This document shows positions 10,191 to 18,876 of a DNA stretch of 64,000 nt, one piece after another. Position numbers and translations under genes: made by a program. The stretch comes from Chloroflexota bacterium (lineage in GTDB: Bacteria > Chloroflexota > UBA11872 > UBA12225). The notes under the pieces are model-generated. The model was given only the letters and a program-made list of their open reading frames with translations. It had not been told where the DNA came from and made no database searches. Location: contig CANFGH010000002.1 in NCBI GenBank assembly GCA_947446285.1, positions 8,000 through 71,999 on the forward strand, read 5' to 3'. Numbering within the stretch: the stretch's first letter is position 1; the number at the start of each line of letters is the position of its first letter.

Positions 10191-11720
10191 TCACTTCACC
10201 GCCGTGATGAACCGAACCCGAGCAAATGGGCGCAGGAAGCGGTGCAACGGTGCGGTGAGTTCGTAAAGCCGACCAAGCGGGCCGGCAAGCGGCGCCACGG
10301 CACGAGGCAGTGCGCGCACCCGGTGCTTCGCCTCATCTGGCGGGGGCAAAGGGAAGGCGCCGTGCCGGTGTTCAATCCGGAAACCCGATTCCACCAAGAG
10401 ATTGCTTACTTCATCGTCTGAGAGGGCCTCGAATGGTCCGAGACTCGGATCGGTGTGCAGCGCGTACTGGACGTCACGCCGGCCAATCAACCACCTAATC
10501 GAGCGGAACACCTCAAAGTACGACCGCACATTCGTGTGGACGACCACCAACGTTCCGCCCGGTTTCAGTATCCGGCGCGCTTCAGCAAGCAGTCGACGCC
10601 TTTCAGCGGTCGGCAGGTTTTCCAACCGGAAAACCAACGTCGCAGCGTCTGCAGACGCGTCCGCGATGTCTGACGAAGCCCCGCCACCCGCAGTCATCGA
10701 GTACTGATGGAATGACGCAGCACGCGGAAGCCGACGCTGCACGAACTCGGCAACCTGCCTGCCCAGTTCAATGAACTGGAAAGACGCCTCGGGCACCTCA
10801 TTCGACATCGCCTCCAGGTAGAGGCCAGTACAGGGAAGCAGGTCTACCGCAACCTTGCCGGATGCGTTGACCCCTGCACGACGTAGGGCATGTCCGAGGT
10901 AGCCACGAACCGCGCGGTACTCGGACACCACCGGCTTGTTATAGCGCGGGCCAGCCCGGATCCGCGCCTGGTGGTAGTCGGCAACCTGCGCCAGGGTCCA
11001 ATTGGTCGGCCGCCATGCCGATGGAAGCACCGGCTTGCGCGTCAGGTCGTACTTCTCCCAGTGCACGAGGTGCGAGGGGTCACGCCGCGCGGGCGCACCC
11101 GGTGTCTCGGCCGGGTAGCCGAACAGCGTCGTTGAAAGCACTTCCACATCTCGAGGAAGGCGCAGGATTTCACGCAACAACAACCGGTCGGTGATCGTCG
11201 CCTGCCAGAATCCCCCCAAGCCAAGAGAGTGCGCCCGCAAGAGCATGTTCATGACCGCTGCTGAGGCACTCTGGATGTTTGCGTACGACCCTTGGGAAAA
11301 CCGCGTGTTGTAGCAAATAAATATGCATACCTGCGCCTTGTCGGCGTGAGGCACAGCCGGGGCGAGGGCGTCACGTGTCGCCTTGTCGGCGATGACGACG
11401 AAGTCCCAGAGCTGCATGTTGCACGCCGATGGCGCCCACAACGCGCACTCGAGCAACTCCTTGACGACTTCCGGTGCGACCGGACGGTCAGTCCAGCGTC
11501 GGATTGTCCTGCGAGTCCGGATGGCCATCGACACATCCATGCCCGAATCCACGTCAAATTCGCTATAGGCACCGTTTTCCGGGCTGCCGAGATCCTCCGG
11601 CGACGCCTCGGCATCATCGATCTCGATGAGCGACGCGTCGTCATCTTCAGAAGTCAGCGGCTTCGCCGTCGAAGTCATCAGGCGTTTCCTTTTCTGCGTC
11701 GCCCACATGCCGCGCGACAA
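10191..11720 (-). CDS. Fusion protein: N-terminal nitroreductase-family (FMN) domain plus C-terminal class I SAM-dependent methyltransferase domain
   Basis: 509-aa ORF. RTRRTIRRWTDRPVAPEVVKELLECALWAPSACNMQLWDFVVI is a nitroreductase signature. C-terminal half has VDLLPCTGLY (motif I-like) and ILKPGGTLVVVH (post-II/III-like). Confidence 0.75.
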   Translation of the reverse strand: MSRGMWATQKRKRLMTSTAKPLTSEDDDASLIEIDDAEASPEDLGSPENGAYSEFDVDSGMDVSMAIRTRRTIRRWTDRPVAPEVVKELLECALWAPSACNMQLWDFVVIADKATRDALAPAVPHADKAQVCIFICYNTRFSQGSYANIQSASAAVMNMLLRAHSLGLGGFWQATITDRLLLREILRLPRDVEVLSTTLFGYPAETPGAPARRDPSHLVHWEKYDLTRKPVLPSAWRPTNWTLAQVADYHQARIRAGPRYNKPVVSEYRAVRGYLGHALRRAGVNASGKVAVDLLPCTGLYLEAMSNEVPEASFQFIELGRQVAEFVQRRLPRAASFHQYSMTAGGGASSDIADASADAATLVFRLENLPTAERRRLLAEARRILKPGGTLVVVHTNVRSYFEVFRSIRWLIGRRDVQYALHTDPSLGPFEALSDDEVSNLLVESGFRIEHRHGAFPLPPPDEAKHRVRALPRAVAPLAGPLGRLYELTAPLHRFLRPFARVRFITAVK

Positions 11721-11949
11721 CGGCGACCCTCAACTGGTTGGCAAACCAACCGGTCAACCGTCCCAACCCGCTCGCGATCATGCGTCTGACCTGATCCTGT
11801 GGTCATGCTGCTGACCGGGACTTGGGTAAGGATAGAACGGACTCGGGAGGCATCGGTGACGCTAGCGAGAGACCCAACGCGGGACGTCAGGCAACGAACG
11901 CCGAACGAGTTCAGGGATTCATTGCCGAAGTCCTACCGGACCCTATCTC

Positions 11950-12552
11950 CTAACCCCGTGTACCAACCACGCGTGCGGGCGACCCGGCGACGATCGCATA
12001 CGGAGCAACGTCACGGGTAACGACCGAACGGATCGCCACAACGGCACCGTTTCCAATTGTCACTCCGGGCAGGATCACGACATCGTTGTAGATCATCACG
12101 TCGTCACCGATGCTTACCGGAGCCACCGTGATCGGAGCGTTAAGCACAGGCACGTCCCTGCGCGACGTATCGTGGGAATGGGTGAAGATCTGGGCACGTC
12201 TCCCGACGTGGGTGCCGGACCCAACCCGGACCCATGCACTGCAGTCGATCTGGGTGTCGGAGAGAATCACCGTCCCGGCACCGATATCAAGTTGCCCGGC
12301 ACGTTCGCCAGACTCGGCAATCCCGATCCGTACCCGATCGCGCAGGTCCACGCGGTCGCCAATCGTGACGGCGACCCGACGATCAATGTGCACCTGTTCG
12401 TGGATGGTTACCGAGTTGCCAACTGAAACCCCTGCCATTCGCAGGGTTCGCCTGCGCATGGCACGGACGACCCGCCAATACGGGCCAACCCGATGCCAGT
12501 CGGGTAACGTGGCCACGAGCCTCGACGCCAAGAGACCAAACCGAGGCATCAA
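11950..12552 (-). CDS. Acyl/acetyltransferase, left-handed beta-helix (hexapeptide repeat) family
   Basis: 200-aa ORF. Hexapeptide-type repeats IGDDVMIYNDVVILPGVTIGNGAVVAIRSVVTRDVAPYAIVAGSPARVV. Confidence 0.85.
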   Translation of the reverse strand: MMPRFGLLASRLVATLPDWHRVGPYWRVVRAMRRRTLRMAGVSVGNSVTIHEQVHIDRRVAVTIGDRVDLRDRVRIGIAESGERAGQLDIGAGTVILSDTQIDCSAWVRVGSGTHVGRRAQIFTHSHDTSRRDVPVLNAPITVAPVSIGDDVMIYNDVVILPGVTIGNGAVVAIRSVVTRDVAPYAIVAGSPARVVGTRG

Positions 12553-12631
12553 ACGACCTCCTCACCAACCCTGTCAGGACCACGCAAACTCCGATTGCAG
12601 ATGCATTGCGATCGTGTGGGAGGCTTGCATC

Positions 12632-15043
12632 TCATCGCCGTTCCAACGTTTCGACGAAGGTGCGAATCAGGTTGGCGCGCGCGTCCCACGTCCTCGACTG
12701 GACCCACTCACGTCCTGTGTTGCCAATCCGATCCGCGCGCACCTGATCGGTAAGCAACGTCCTGATGCCTTCCGCCAAAGCCGCGGGGTCGTCTGGAACC
12801 ACCAGAACCCCTGTTTCGCCATCCCTGATGACCTCGCGGATGGCCGGCACGTCACTTGCGACGATCGGCCTGCCGGATGCGAGGTACTCATATAACTTCA
12901 AAGGCGACGTATAGAGAGATCCAATGACCGACTGGGCGGAATTTGGCAACACAACAACGTCGGCGGCGCGTAGCCACACAGGTACCTGGGTCGGCGGGAC
13001 GTGGCCAACGACCCGGACTTGCCCGAGTTCCTCGGACTGCACGTATGTGCGGAATGCGATGACATCCGCCGGTGTGCCCCCGACGATGCAGATCGTCACA
13101 TCCTCGGGCAGGAACCGCCCGGTCCGTGCGAGGACATGAGATCCCTTCCACGGATAGAGGTGCCCGGCATACACAACCACCCTTCCCGCGACTGGCAGCC
13201 CCAGTATCCGGCGGGCATCATCGGCACTTGTCTGGATGGCGAAGCGTTCCCACGCAACCGCGTCCGGCGCAACGAGAATTCGGTCAGGATCCGCACCCAT
13301 CTCGATGAGCGCCGCACGGACACCATTCGTGATCGCGACAATCCCATCGAACCTGGGCAAGACCCGTCGCAACCAAGACCTTGATCGATCCCGTTCGGGC
13401 AGGTCGTGAGCCTCCCACACAACCGGTCGTCCCGTACCGGCAAGTGCGAGCGCCCCGAGGATTGGCCAATCACGCCCGTAGATCACCTTTGCACGCGACT
13501 TCCTCGCATGCAGAGCGGCGCCGATCGCGAAGGTGCATGCCTGCACGGCAAAGGCCAGACTGGGCCAAGGCGGACGATTGAGCTCGGGGTGATCGATGGT
13601 GACCAGTTTCACCGCATCGATTACCCGGACAGCATGTCTGCGAAGCGGCCCCCGCAATTCGTAAAACCATCGTGGATCCTCCTCACGGATGCCATCGAGG
13701 TTCGCGCGGTCCGGGTGAACGAGTTCAACTGCAACGCCCTCGGTTGCAAATGCATCGACCATTTGGGCAATCTGGTAGGACTGCGCCTTTTCGCTTGGAA
13801 ACCGTGCATTCGCCACATACAACCAATCCGGATCTGACAGACCACTCCCCGAGAGGTCAGAACCCCCCGGGAAAGCAGTTTGGGTCCAAAGATCGGTCAG
13901 CGCGGCAACTGCGTCATCGCGCCCAAACTGCGTCCGCACGTGACGGCGGGCCGCCTCGCCCATTGCCAAGCGCCTCACCGGATCATCCAGCAAACCAAGC
14001 AGTGCCGTCGCGAACGCGCGACCATCGCCGATCGGAACAACGATCCCGGTCACTCCATTGATGATCGTGTCATCAGTTCCAGCCACATCGGTGGAAACAA
14101 CCGGCACACCAGACGTGCCCGCCTCAAGGGTGACGAGACTGGTGCCTTCATACCACGATGTCAGCGCGTAGATATCGGCGGATGCCATCGCCGATGGTGC
14201 TTCAGTCCCATCGATCACCCCGGCAAACTTGACGGCATCGCCAATGCCAAGTGAACGCGCTTCCGCCTCAAGCCGCTGTCGCAGTGGCCCGCCACCCACA
14301 AGAATGAACCGCGTTCGCGGCCTGACAGAAATGACAAGGGAGGCTGTGCGCAGGAGAGTGGATAGATCCTTCGATGGCACCAACCGGCACATGGTCAGTA
14401 CCAAGGCGTCACCACCCGTCTCGTCGACCCATGAACGCAAACCGTGATTTGGGGCCACATCCGTGAAGCGGTCAAGGTCTACCGCAACGGGTGCCACCCA
14501 TATTCGACTGGGGTCAATACCCCAATCCGAATAGATCCTCCGTTCCCGCGTGGTCCCCACCCGAACGGTCTGCGCCTGCCTCACGATCCAGCGGGCAAAA
14601 GGGAAAAACAATCGGTGTTCCAACCGTTCACGGCGCCAGAAAGGATGCCCGGCAAAGTCGAAATGCACCTGCATATTCAATGGACACCGAAGGATGCGTG
14701 CGATTGCCACGGCGGCAATCCCGGTTGCGAACGGATCCTGTGCCGACACGACATCAATCCCCTCGCGACGCCCAACGGTGATGCCGATCCGGATCGCATC
14801 AGCGATGAACGCGTACCGGTTGACCGACCGCGTCGGGTGCACCACCAATCCCGGCGAGAGATCAAGGCGTTCCGGGATTGACCCCCCGTCCACCCAGTTT
14901 CGACCGGTCTTGACGACCACATGGAGTGACCCAAGGTTCCGCGCGTAGTCGACATGGCGCAACACCGTGTCGCCAAGCACCGGGTCTCCAAGGTTCCGGA
15001 CCAACGAAGTGTCCAGACTCACCGTCAGGACCCGGGGATGCAC
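12632..15043 (-). CDS. Bifunctional glycosyltransferase: two complete GT4 domains in tandem
   Basis: Open frame to 15244, but the segment above 15043 is repeat-derived. Start taken at the GTG giving VHPRVLTVSLD (TTG 3 codons upstream also possible). First GT4 ends with TLEAGTSGVPVVSTDVAGTDDTIINGVTG. Second ends with LYEYLASGRPIVASDVPAIREVIRDGETG. Confidence 0.8.
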   Translation of the reverse strand: MHPRVLTVSLDTSLVRNLGDPVLGDTVLRHVDYARNLGSLHVVVKTGRNWVDGGSIPERLDLSPGLVVHPTRSVNRYAFIADAIRIGITVGRREGIDVVSAQDPFATGIAAVAIARILRCPLNMQVHFDFAGHPFWRRERLEHRLFFPFARWIVRQAQTVRVGTTRERRIYSDWGIDPSRIWVAPVAVDLDRFTDVAPNHGLRSWVDETGGDALVLTMCRLVPSKDLSTLLRTASLVISVRPRTRFILVGGGPLRQRLEAEARSLGIGDAVKFAGVIDGTEAPSAMASADIYALTSWYEGTSLVTLEAGTSGVPVVSTDVAGTDDTIINGVTGIVVPIGDGRAFATALLGLLDDPVRRLAMGEAARRHVRTQFGRDDAVAALTDLWTQTAFPGGSDLSGSGLSDPDWLYVANARFPSEKAQSYQIAQMVDAFATEGVAVELVHPDRANLDGIREEDPRWFYELRGPLRRHAVRVIDAVKLVTIDHPELNRPPWPSLAFAVQACTFAIGAALHARKSRAKVIYGRDWPILGALALAGTGRPVVWEAHDLPERDRSRSWLRRVLPRFDGIVAITNGVRAALIEMGADPDRILVAPDAVAWERFAIQTSADDARRILGLPVAGRVVVYAGHLYPWKGSHVLARTGRFLPEDVTICIVGGTPADVIAFRTYVQSEELGQVRVVGHVPPTQVPVWLRAADVVVLPNSAQSVIGSLYTSPLKLYEYLASGRPIVASDVPAIREVIRDGETGVLVVPDDPAALAEGIRTLLTDQVRADRIGNTGREWVQSRTWDARANLIRTFVETLERR

Positions 15044-15068
15044 GCGGGCCAATACTGGGGGTAACCCG

Positions 15069-15160
15069 TCAGAATCCCGGCCGTGCGAACGACCGCTCCC
15101 CCTTCCCGCGTGGGGAGGGGGGTGAGGGGGGGATGCGGGACTGACGTCGGGCGGCGTGGT
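15069..15160. repeat. Direct repeat copy A (~90 bp) containing a CCCCTTCCC/GGGGAGGGG hairpin
   Basis: tcagaatcccggccgtgcgaacg (23/23 identical with copy B), then ctcccccttcccgcgtggggaggggggtgaggggg, then ..gtggtcacgcgaactccc. Confidence 0.9.
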
Positions 15161-16350
15161 CACGCGAACTCCCTGAAGACAGCCGCCACGCCGGCAGCGA
15201 AATCCCCAGTCGATCGGGGGCGAGCAGGGGCGCCAGCGCCCCACTGACGCGCATCAGAATCCCGGCCGTGCGAACGCCTTCTCCCCCTTCCCGAGTCGGG
15301 AGGGGGGTTAGGGGCCCGTGTGTGGTCACGTGAGACACCCATTGCCGCTTCAAGCGCTATCCGCAGACCCGGCACATCCCGGACGGTCACTGTCGTCACG
15401 GTATCCGCATTCACGGTGTACTCCGGCACTGACCTGCGCGACGTAATCACAACCGGGGCACCCATCGCGAACGCATCCAGAAGCACCAGCGTTCCCGAGC
15501 AATCCGATCCAACTGGCGCATCCTCATCACTCCCCGTAGGGATCACCACTACTCGCGCCGCCGCGTACAAGTCCCGCAGTTCTCGCGGTGGCAGGTCATA
15601 GCGGACCGTCACGTTCGGTGGCACCGATACGCCCTCCAGGTTGCGCGGACTGCACACGATGGTGACTGGCCACGACGCGCCGGTTACCGCCAGGCACAAG
15701 GTTGCGTAGTCGCGACCGGCATCACGGCCCGCGGTTAGGACAAACGGGATGCTTCCATCCGCGACCGGCGACGCCAACGCCTTATCGAAGAAGCGGGTGT
15801 CCGTTCCCGACCTCACAACAGGCAGCCGTGACACCGGCAGGCCCAGACGTCTCGAGAGGTATGCCTGCTGATCCGAAGAGACACAGATGATGCGATCAGC
15901 CATGCGGGCTGCCATCGCGATCAGGCGTGCGCGGACGCCACCTGCACGAAGCAGGTTTGTCAGCGTCATGTTCAGCCACACCAGCCTTGGTCGCCGGGAC
16001 GCCGGGATAACCCTCGACGCCAGAAGCAACGGCCACCCACCAGTCAGAAAGACCACATCATTGCGGGTGAAATGGGGCAGCACCCGCAGCTGCACCACAT
16101 CCGGTCCGAGACGCCCTACCAGACCCATCAGCGCACGGCCCAGCGGCCCGTATTCCGGTTCATGGACCTCCACGCGCACCGGGCGCCCTTCATCGGTCAA
16201 CGCACCCGCCAATCCGGCTTCCAGTCGAGGCCGTGCCTGCAGCCAGTTGTAGCCGAACAGGAGCGTGTCCGGATCGGTCATCGCCGCCACTCCCTCCGCG
16301 AGGCGACGCTTGCGTGCCGTGAATACATAGAGGACCCGGATTGGTTGCAT
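15160..16350 (-). CDS. Glycosyltransferase, GT4-like
   Basis: Start at ATG giving MQPIRVLYVFTA, 4 nt after the upstream stop. GT-B-like C-terminus LLDAFAMGAPVVITSRRSVPEY. The last ~60 codons read through a dispersed repeat (..PPPDSGRGRRRSHGRDSD..) before the first stop. Confidence 0.7.
   Translation of the reverse strand: MQPIRVLYVFTARKRRLAEGVAAMTDPDTLLFGYNWLQARPRLEAGLAGALTDEGRPVRVEVHEPEYGPLGRALMGLVGRLGPDVVQLRVLPHFTRNDVVFLTGGWPLLLASRVIPASRRPRLVWLNMTLTNLLRAGGVRARLIAMAARMADRIICVSSDQQAYLSRRLGLPVSRLPVVRSGTDTRFFDKALASPVADGSIPFVLTAGRDAGRDYATLCLAVTGASWPVTIVCSPRNLEGVSVPPNVTVRYDLPPRELRDLYAAARVVVIPTGSDEDAPVGSDCSGTLVLLDAFAMGAPVVITSRRSVPEYTVNADTVTTVTVRDVPGLRIALEAAMGVSRDHTRAPNPPPDSGRGRRRSHGRDSDARQWGAGAPARPRSTGDFAAGVAAVFREFA
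15254..15345. repeat. Direct repeat copy B, 185 bp from copy A
   Basis: tcagaatcccggccgtgcgaacg, then ctcccccttcccgagtcgggaggggggttaggggc, then ..gtggtcacgtgagacaccc. Confidence 0.9.
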
Positions 16351-16354
16351 CCTC

Positions 16355-17485
16355 TCAAAGCCCTCCAACGACATCCGCAACACGGTCCGCCCAGTGGTCC
16401 AGGCCATGTCCCGCAATCACGGCGGCCCGCAATGCCTTCCCCACGTCATCGCGCTTGGCTACGGACCATCCCAGAACAGCACGAAGCCGCTCGCCGAATT
16501 CCCGGTCATCCGAAGCGAGCAACTCGTCACCAAACGGGCCGAGGATTGCCCTCGAAGACGGCGCCGTACTGACGACCGGCACACCGCAGGCCGCCGCCTC
16601 AAGCACCACCTTGTCGAGGCTCCCCGTCCGGCTTGTGTGCGCCAGCACCCACGCCGCTCGGTATTCCGTCGCCATCCGGTCAAACGGAACGGCACCGACA
16701 AGTGTCACCCGATGCGCAACCCCCAGAGAATGCGCCTCGGCAGCCAGACGAACCCGGTACACGGCGTCCGCATCATGCAACGGTGCCCCGACCACCCGCA
16801 GTGACCACCGATCAGGTGTGATCGCGGCGAGTTCCCGCATGACCACCTCATGCCGCTTCACCGGCGAAAGCCTGCCCGCAGTTACGACGAGACCAGGGAC
16901 CGGGTCGGGCAGGTCATCGGGGGAGTAACGCGCCGTATCGATCCCATGACCGATGCACGCGAGGCGCGCACGAACGCGAGGGTCACGCGCGCCATCGATC
17001 GGGAAACTGTCACGGGTCGGCGTCAGGATGCGGTGGACGAGGGGCACCGCCATCCGCAACGCCCGGTCAACATTCCCGTGCGCGTACCACAGGATGATCG
17101 GTACCCGAAAGATCCGGGCCAGAGGCGCCGCTAGCACGGCGTACCGGGGAACCATGTGGACGAACACCGCACGCGCCCCGCCCACCCCACCCCACCCCCT
17201 CGCCCCTCGATGTAGAGCTTCGCTCAAGGCCTGCGCCAAGGATGCCTGCATCGCCACAAACTGTCCGACGCGACCCGCACCGCGTTCCTTGCCCATCGTC
17301 GCGACACGGACCCCCACCCGATCCCGGTCACGAAGTCGCCAACTCGCCACTCCCGGGGCACGCTGGGCAATCACGTCAACCCCGTCAAAACGCCTCGCGA
17401 GTTCCCCAACCCAATCGCCTACGACCCCCAGCAATGGATCCGACCGGTCATACGCCTGCGTGACGAAGACAATTCGCCCGTTCAC
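16355..17485 (-). CDS. Glycosyltransferase, GT4 family
   Basis: 376-aa ORF, GTG start (VNGRIVFVTQAYD). C-terminal VVLEAAACGVPVVSTAPSSRAILG. Confidence 0.85.
   Translation of the reverse strand: MNGRIVFVTQAYDRSDPLLGVVGDWVGELARRFDGVDVIAQRAPGVASWRLRDRDRVGVRVATMGKERGAGRVGQFVAMQASLAQALSEALHRGARGWGGVGGARAVFVHMVPRYAVLAAPLARIFRVPIILWYAHGNVDRALRMAVPLVHRILTPTRDSFPIDGARDPRVRARLACIGHGIDTARYSPDDLPDPVPGLVVTAGRLSPVKRHEVVMRELAAITPDRWSLRVVGAPLHDADAVYRVRLAAEAHSLGVAHRVTLVGAVPFDRMATEYRAAWVLAHTSRTGSLDKVVLEAAACGVPVVSTAPSSRAILGPFGDELLASDDREFGERLRAVLGWSVAKRDDVGKALRAAVIAGHGLDHWADRVADVVGGL
17166..17196 (-). other. G-quadruplex-type motif (six C-runs on the plus strand, so G-runs on the sense strand of the GT4 gene)
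   Basis: Plus strand: ccccgcccaccccaccccaccccctcgcccc. Encodes GARGWGGVGGARA on the minus strand. Confidence 0.8.
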
Positions 17486-17571
17486 CCCGCGTTACTCATC
17501 ACGCCCACCACCGCAAGGGGGGAGGGGAGCCAATGCCCGAAGGGAGGCCAGATCTCTGCCTACGAACGGAA

Positions 17572-18762
17572 TCAGGCCGGGCGACGCGCACCCGCCGCCT
17601 CCTCCAGGGTCCTCGCCGTCTGCTCAACCAACACCGGCCAGCGATACGACTTCACGTCTACGGCCGCTTGGCGACGCACACGTTCCGAAAGTTCGCGATC
17701 CCCAAGCAACCGGGCCATCGCGTAGGCAATGCCAGTGCGGTCATCGACCTCGAACAAAAGCCCGTTCTCTTCATCACGGATCACTTCCGGGTTCCCCCCG
17801 ACATTCGAGACCGCTGAAGGCGCACCGGCCCCCATCGCTTCCAGGAGGACATGGGACAGGCCTTCATACCGGGTGTTCAGGACAAAGGCATCGGCCGCCA
17901 TCAGGTATCGCTGGGTATCGGCATGGGAGATTCCACCGGTGAGCACCACACGACGTGACAGGCCCTCACGCTGGACAATCATTTCCAGACGCTTGCGTTC
18001 AGGACCATCTCCAATGATGACCAACGTCGCCAAAGGTGGGAACTTCGGCACAAGCCGGATCATCACGTCCAGGTTCTTCCAGGGATACAACCGCGCGACG
18101 GTGACGATGAAAGGGCCACTTCGCCCAAGTTCGTACTTCACGGTCGAACGCGCCTGCATTCGTTCCGCTCCGCTGGCTACCCGAGTGGTCAGTGCATTTG
18201 TGACAACCCGGACCGATGTGCGGTCCACGCCCCAGCCTTGCACCAGACCACCGAGGAAGTGACTGGGAACGATCAACCGGGTCACCCGCCTCGCGAACCA
18301 CCGGACCATCGCACGCACCACCGAAACCTGCCAGCCATACGAACCGGTCTGGAACTCCACGATCCCGTCGTCGGTCAGTTGCAACCGGATGGCGTACTCC
18401 CAGGCATTGTCACCGACCGTCTTGAGGACGACCGGGCGCCGGAGCACCCACGCGAACAGCACCGCCACCATCTCGGGACCAGACAGGCCTTGGACATACA
18501 GGCAGTCTGCCCGCCAAGCGGTCCTCAGGAGGGCCCACAGCGCCACAAGTAACCGGATTGGCAAGGGGAGTCCGCGGGAAACGCGGTGCACTGGAAACGG
18601 CCACGCATCACGGTCTGTCCGCGAATCGTGGCCCGGGGGCGATCCGCCTACCACCGAAACCAGATGGCCACGCGCTTTCAGTTCCTGGGCGATGCGCGGA
18701 ACGTACGTCGCCGGTCCGCCGATATCTGGCGGAAACAGGTTACTGACGATCACAATCCGCAC
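17572..18762 (-). CDS. Glycosyltransferase, GT4 family
   Basis: 396-aa ORF. MRIVIVSNLFPPDIGGPATYVPRIAQELKARGHLVSVV, C-terminal VLLEAMGAGAPSAVSNVGGNPEVIRDEENG. AAGGTG Shine-Dalgarno 5 nt upstream of the GTG start. Confidence 0.9.
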   Translation of the reverse strand: MRIVIVSNLFPPDIGGPATYVPRIAQELKARGHLVSVVGGSPPGHDSRTDRDAWPFPVHRVSRGLPLPIRLLVALWALLRTAWRADCLYVQGLSGPEMVAVLFAWVLRRPVVLKTVGDNAWEYAIRLQLTDDGIVEFQTGSYGWQVSVVRAMVRWFARRVTRLIVPSHFLGGLVQGWGVDRTSVRVVTNALTTRVASGAERMQARSTVKYELGRSGPFIVTVARLYPWKNLDVMIRLVPKFPPLATLVIIGDGPERKRLEMIVQREGLSRRVVLTGGISHADTQRYLMAADAFVLNTRYEGLSHVLLEAMGAGAPSAVSNVGGNPEVIRDEENGLLFEVDDRTGIAYAMARLLGDRELSERVRRQAAVDVKSYRWPVLVEQTARTLEEAAGARRPA

Positions 18763-18830
18763 GAAACACCTTTTTCGTTCGCTATCCAGTCCGCACGACC
18801 ATCGCCTGGTCCGCGGGCATCCCTGCCCGG

Positions 18831-18865
18831 CCTCTCCCCTCTCCCGTCGGAACAGGGGAGGGGCC
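18831..18865. repeat. GC-rich hairpin repeat (CCCCTC..GAGGGG family)
   Basis: cctctcccctctcccgtcggaacaggggaggggcc, between the radical SAM stop and the next GT4 start. Confidence 0.8.
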
Positions 18866-18876
18866 GGACCCCTGGT

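Noticed and set aside
12632-15244. Longest-ORF N-terminal extensions. Examples: 12632-15244, 15160-16416, 22569-24296, 24245-27253, 27202-30243, 39659-41635, 41577-42803, 52760-54496, 55700-57319, 59193-60107, 59969-60922, 62585-63970.
   Set aside because: The extensions are Arg/Gly/Pro-rich or repeat-derived, and they overlap the neighbouring gene. Internal starts give canonical family N-termini, 4-nt stop/start overlaps or a proper Shine-Dalgarno sequence.
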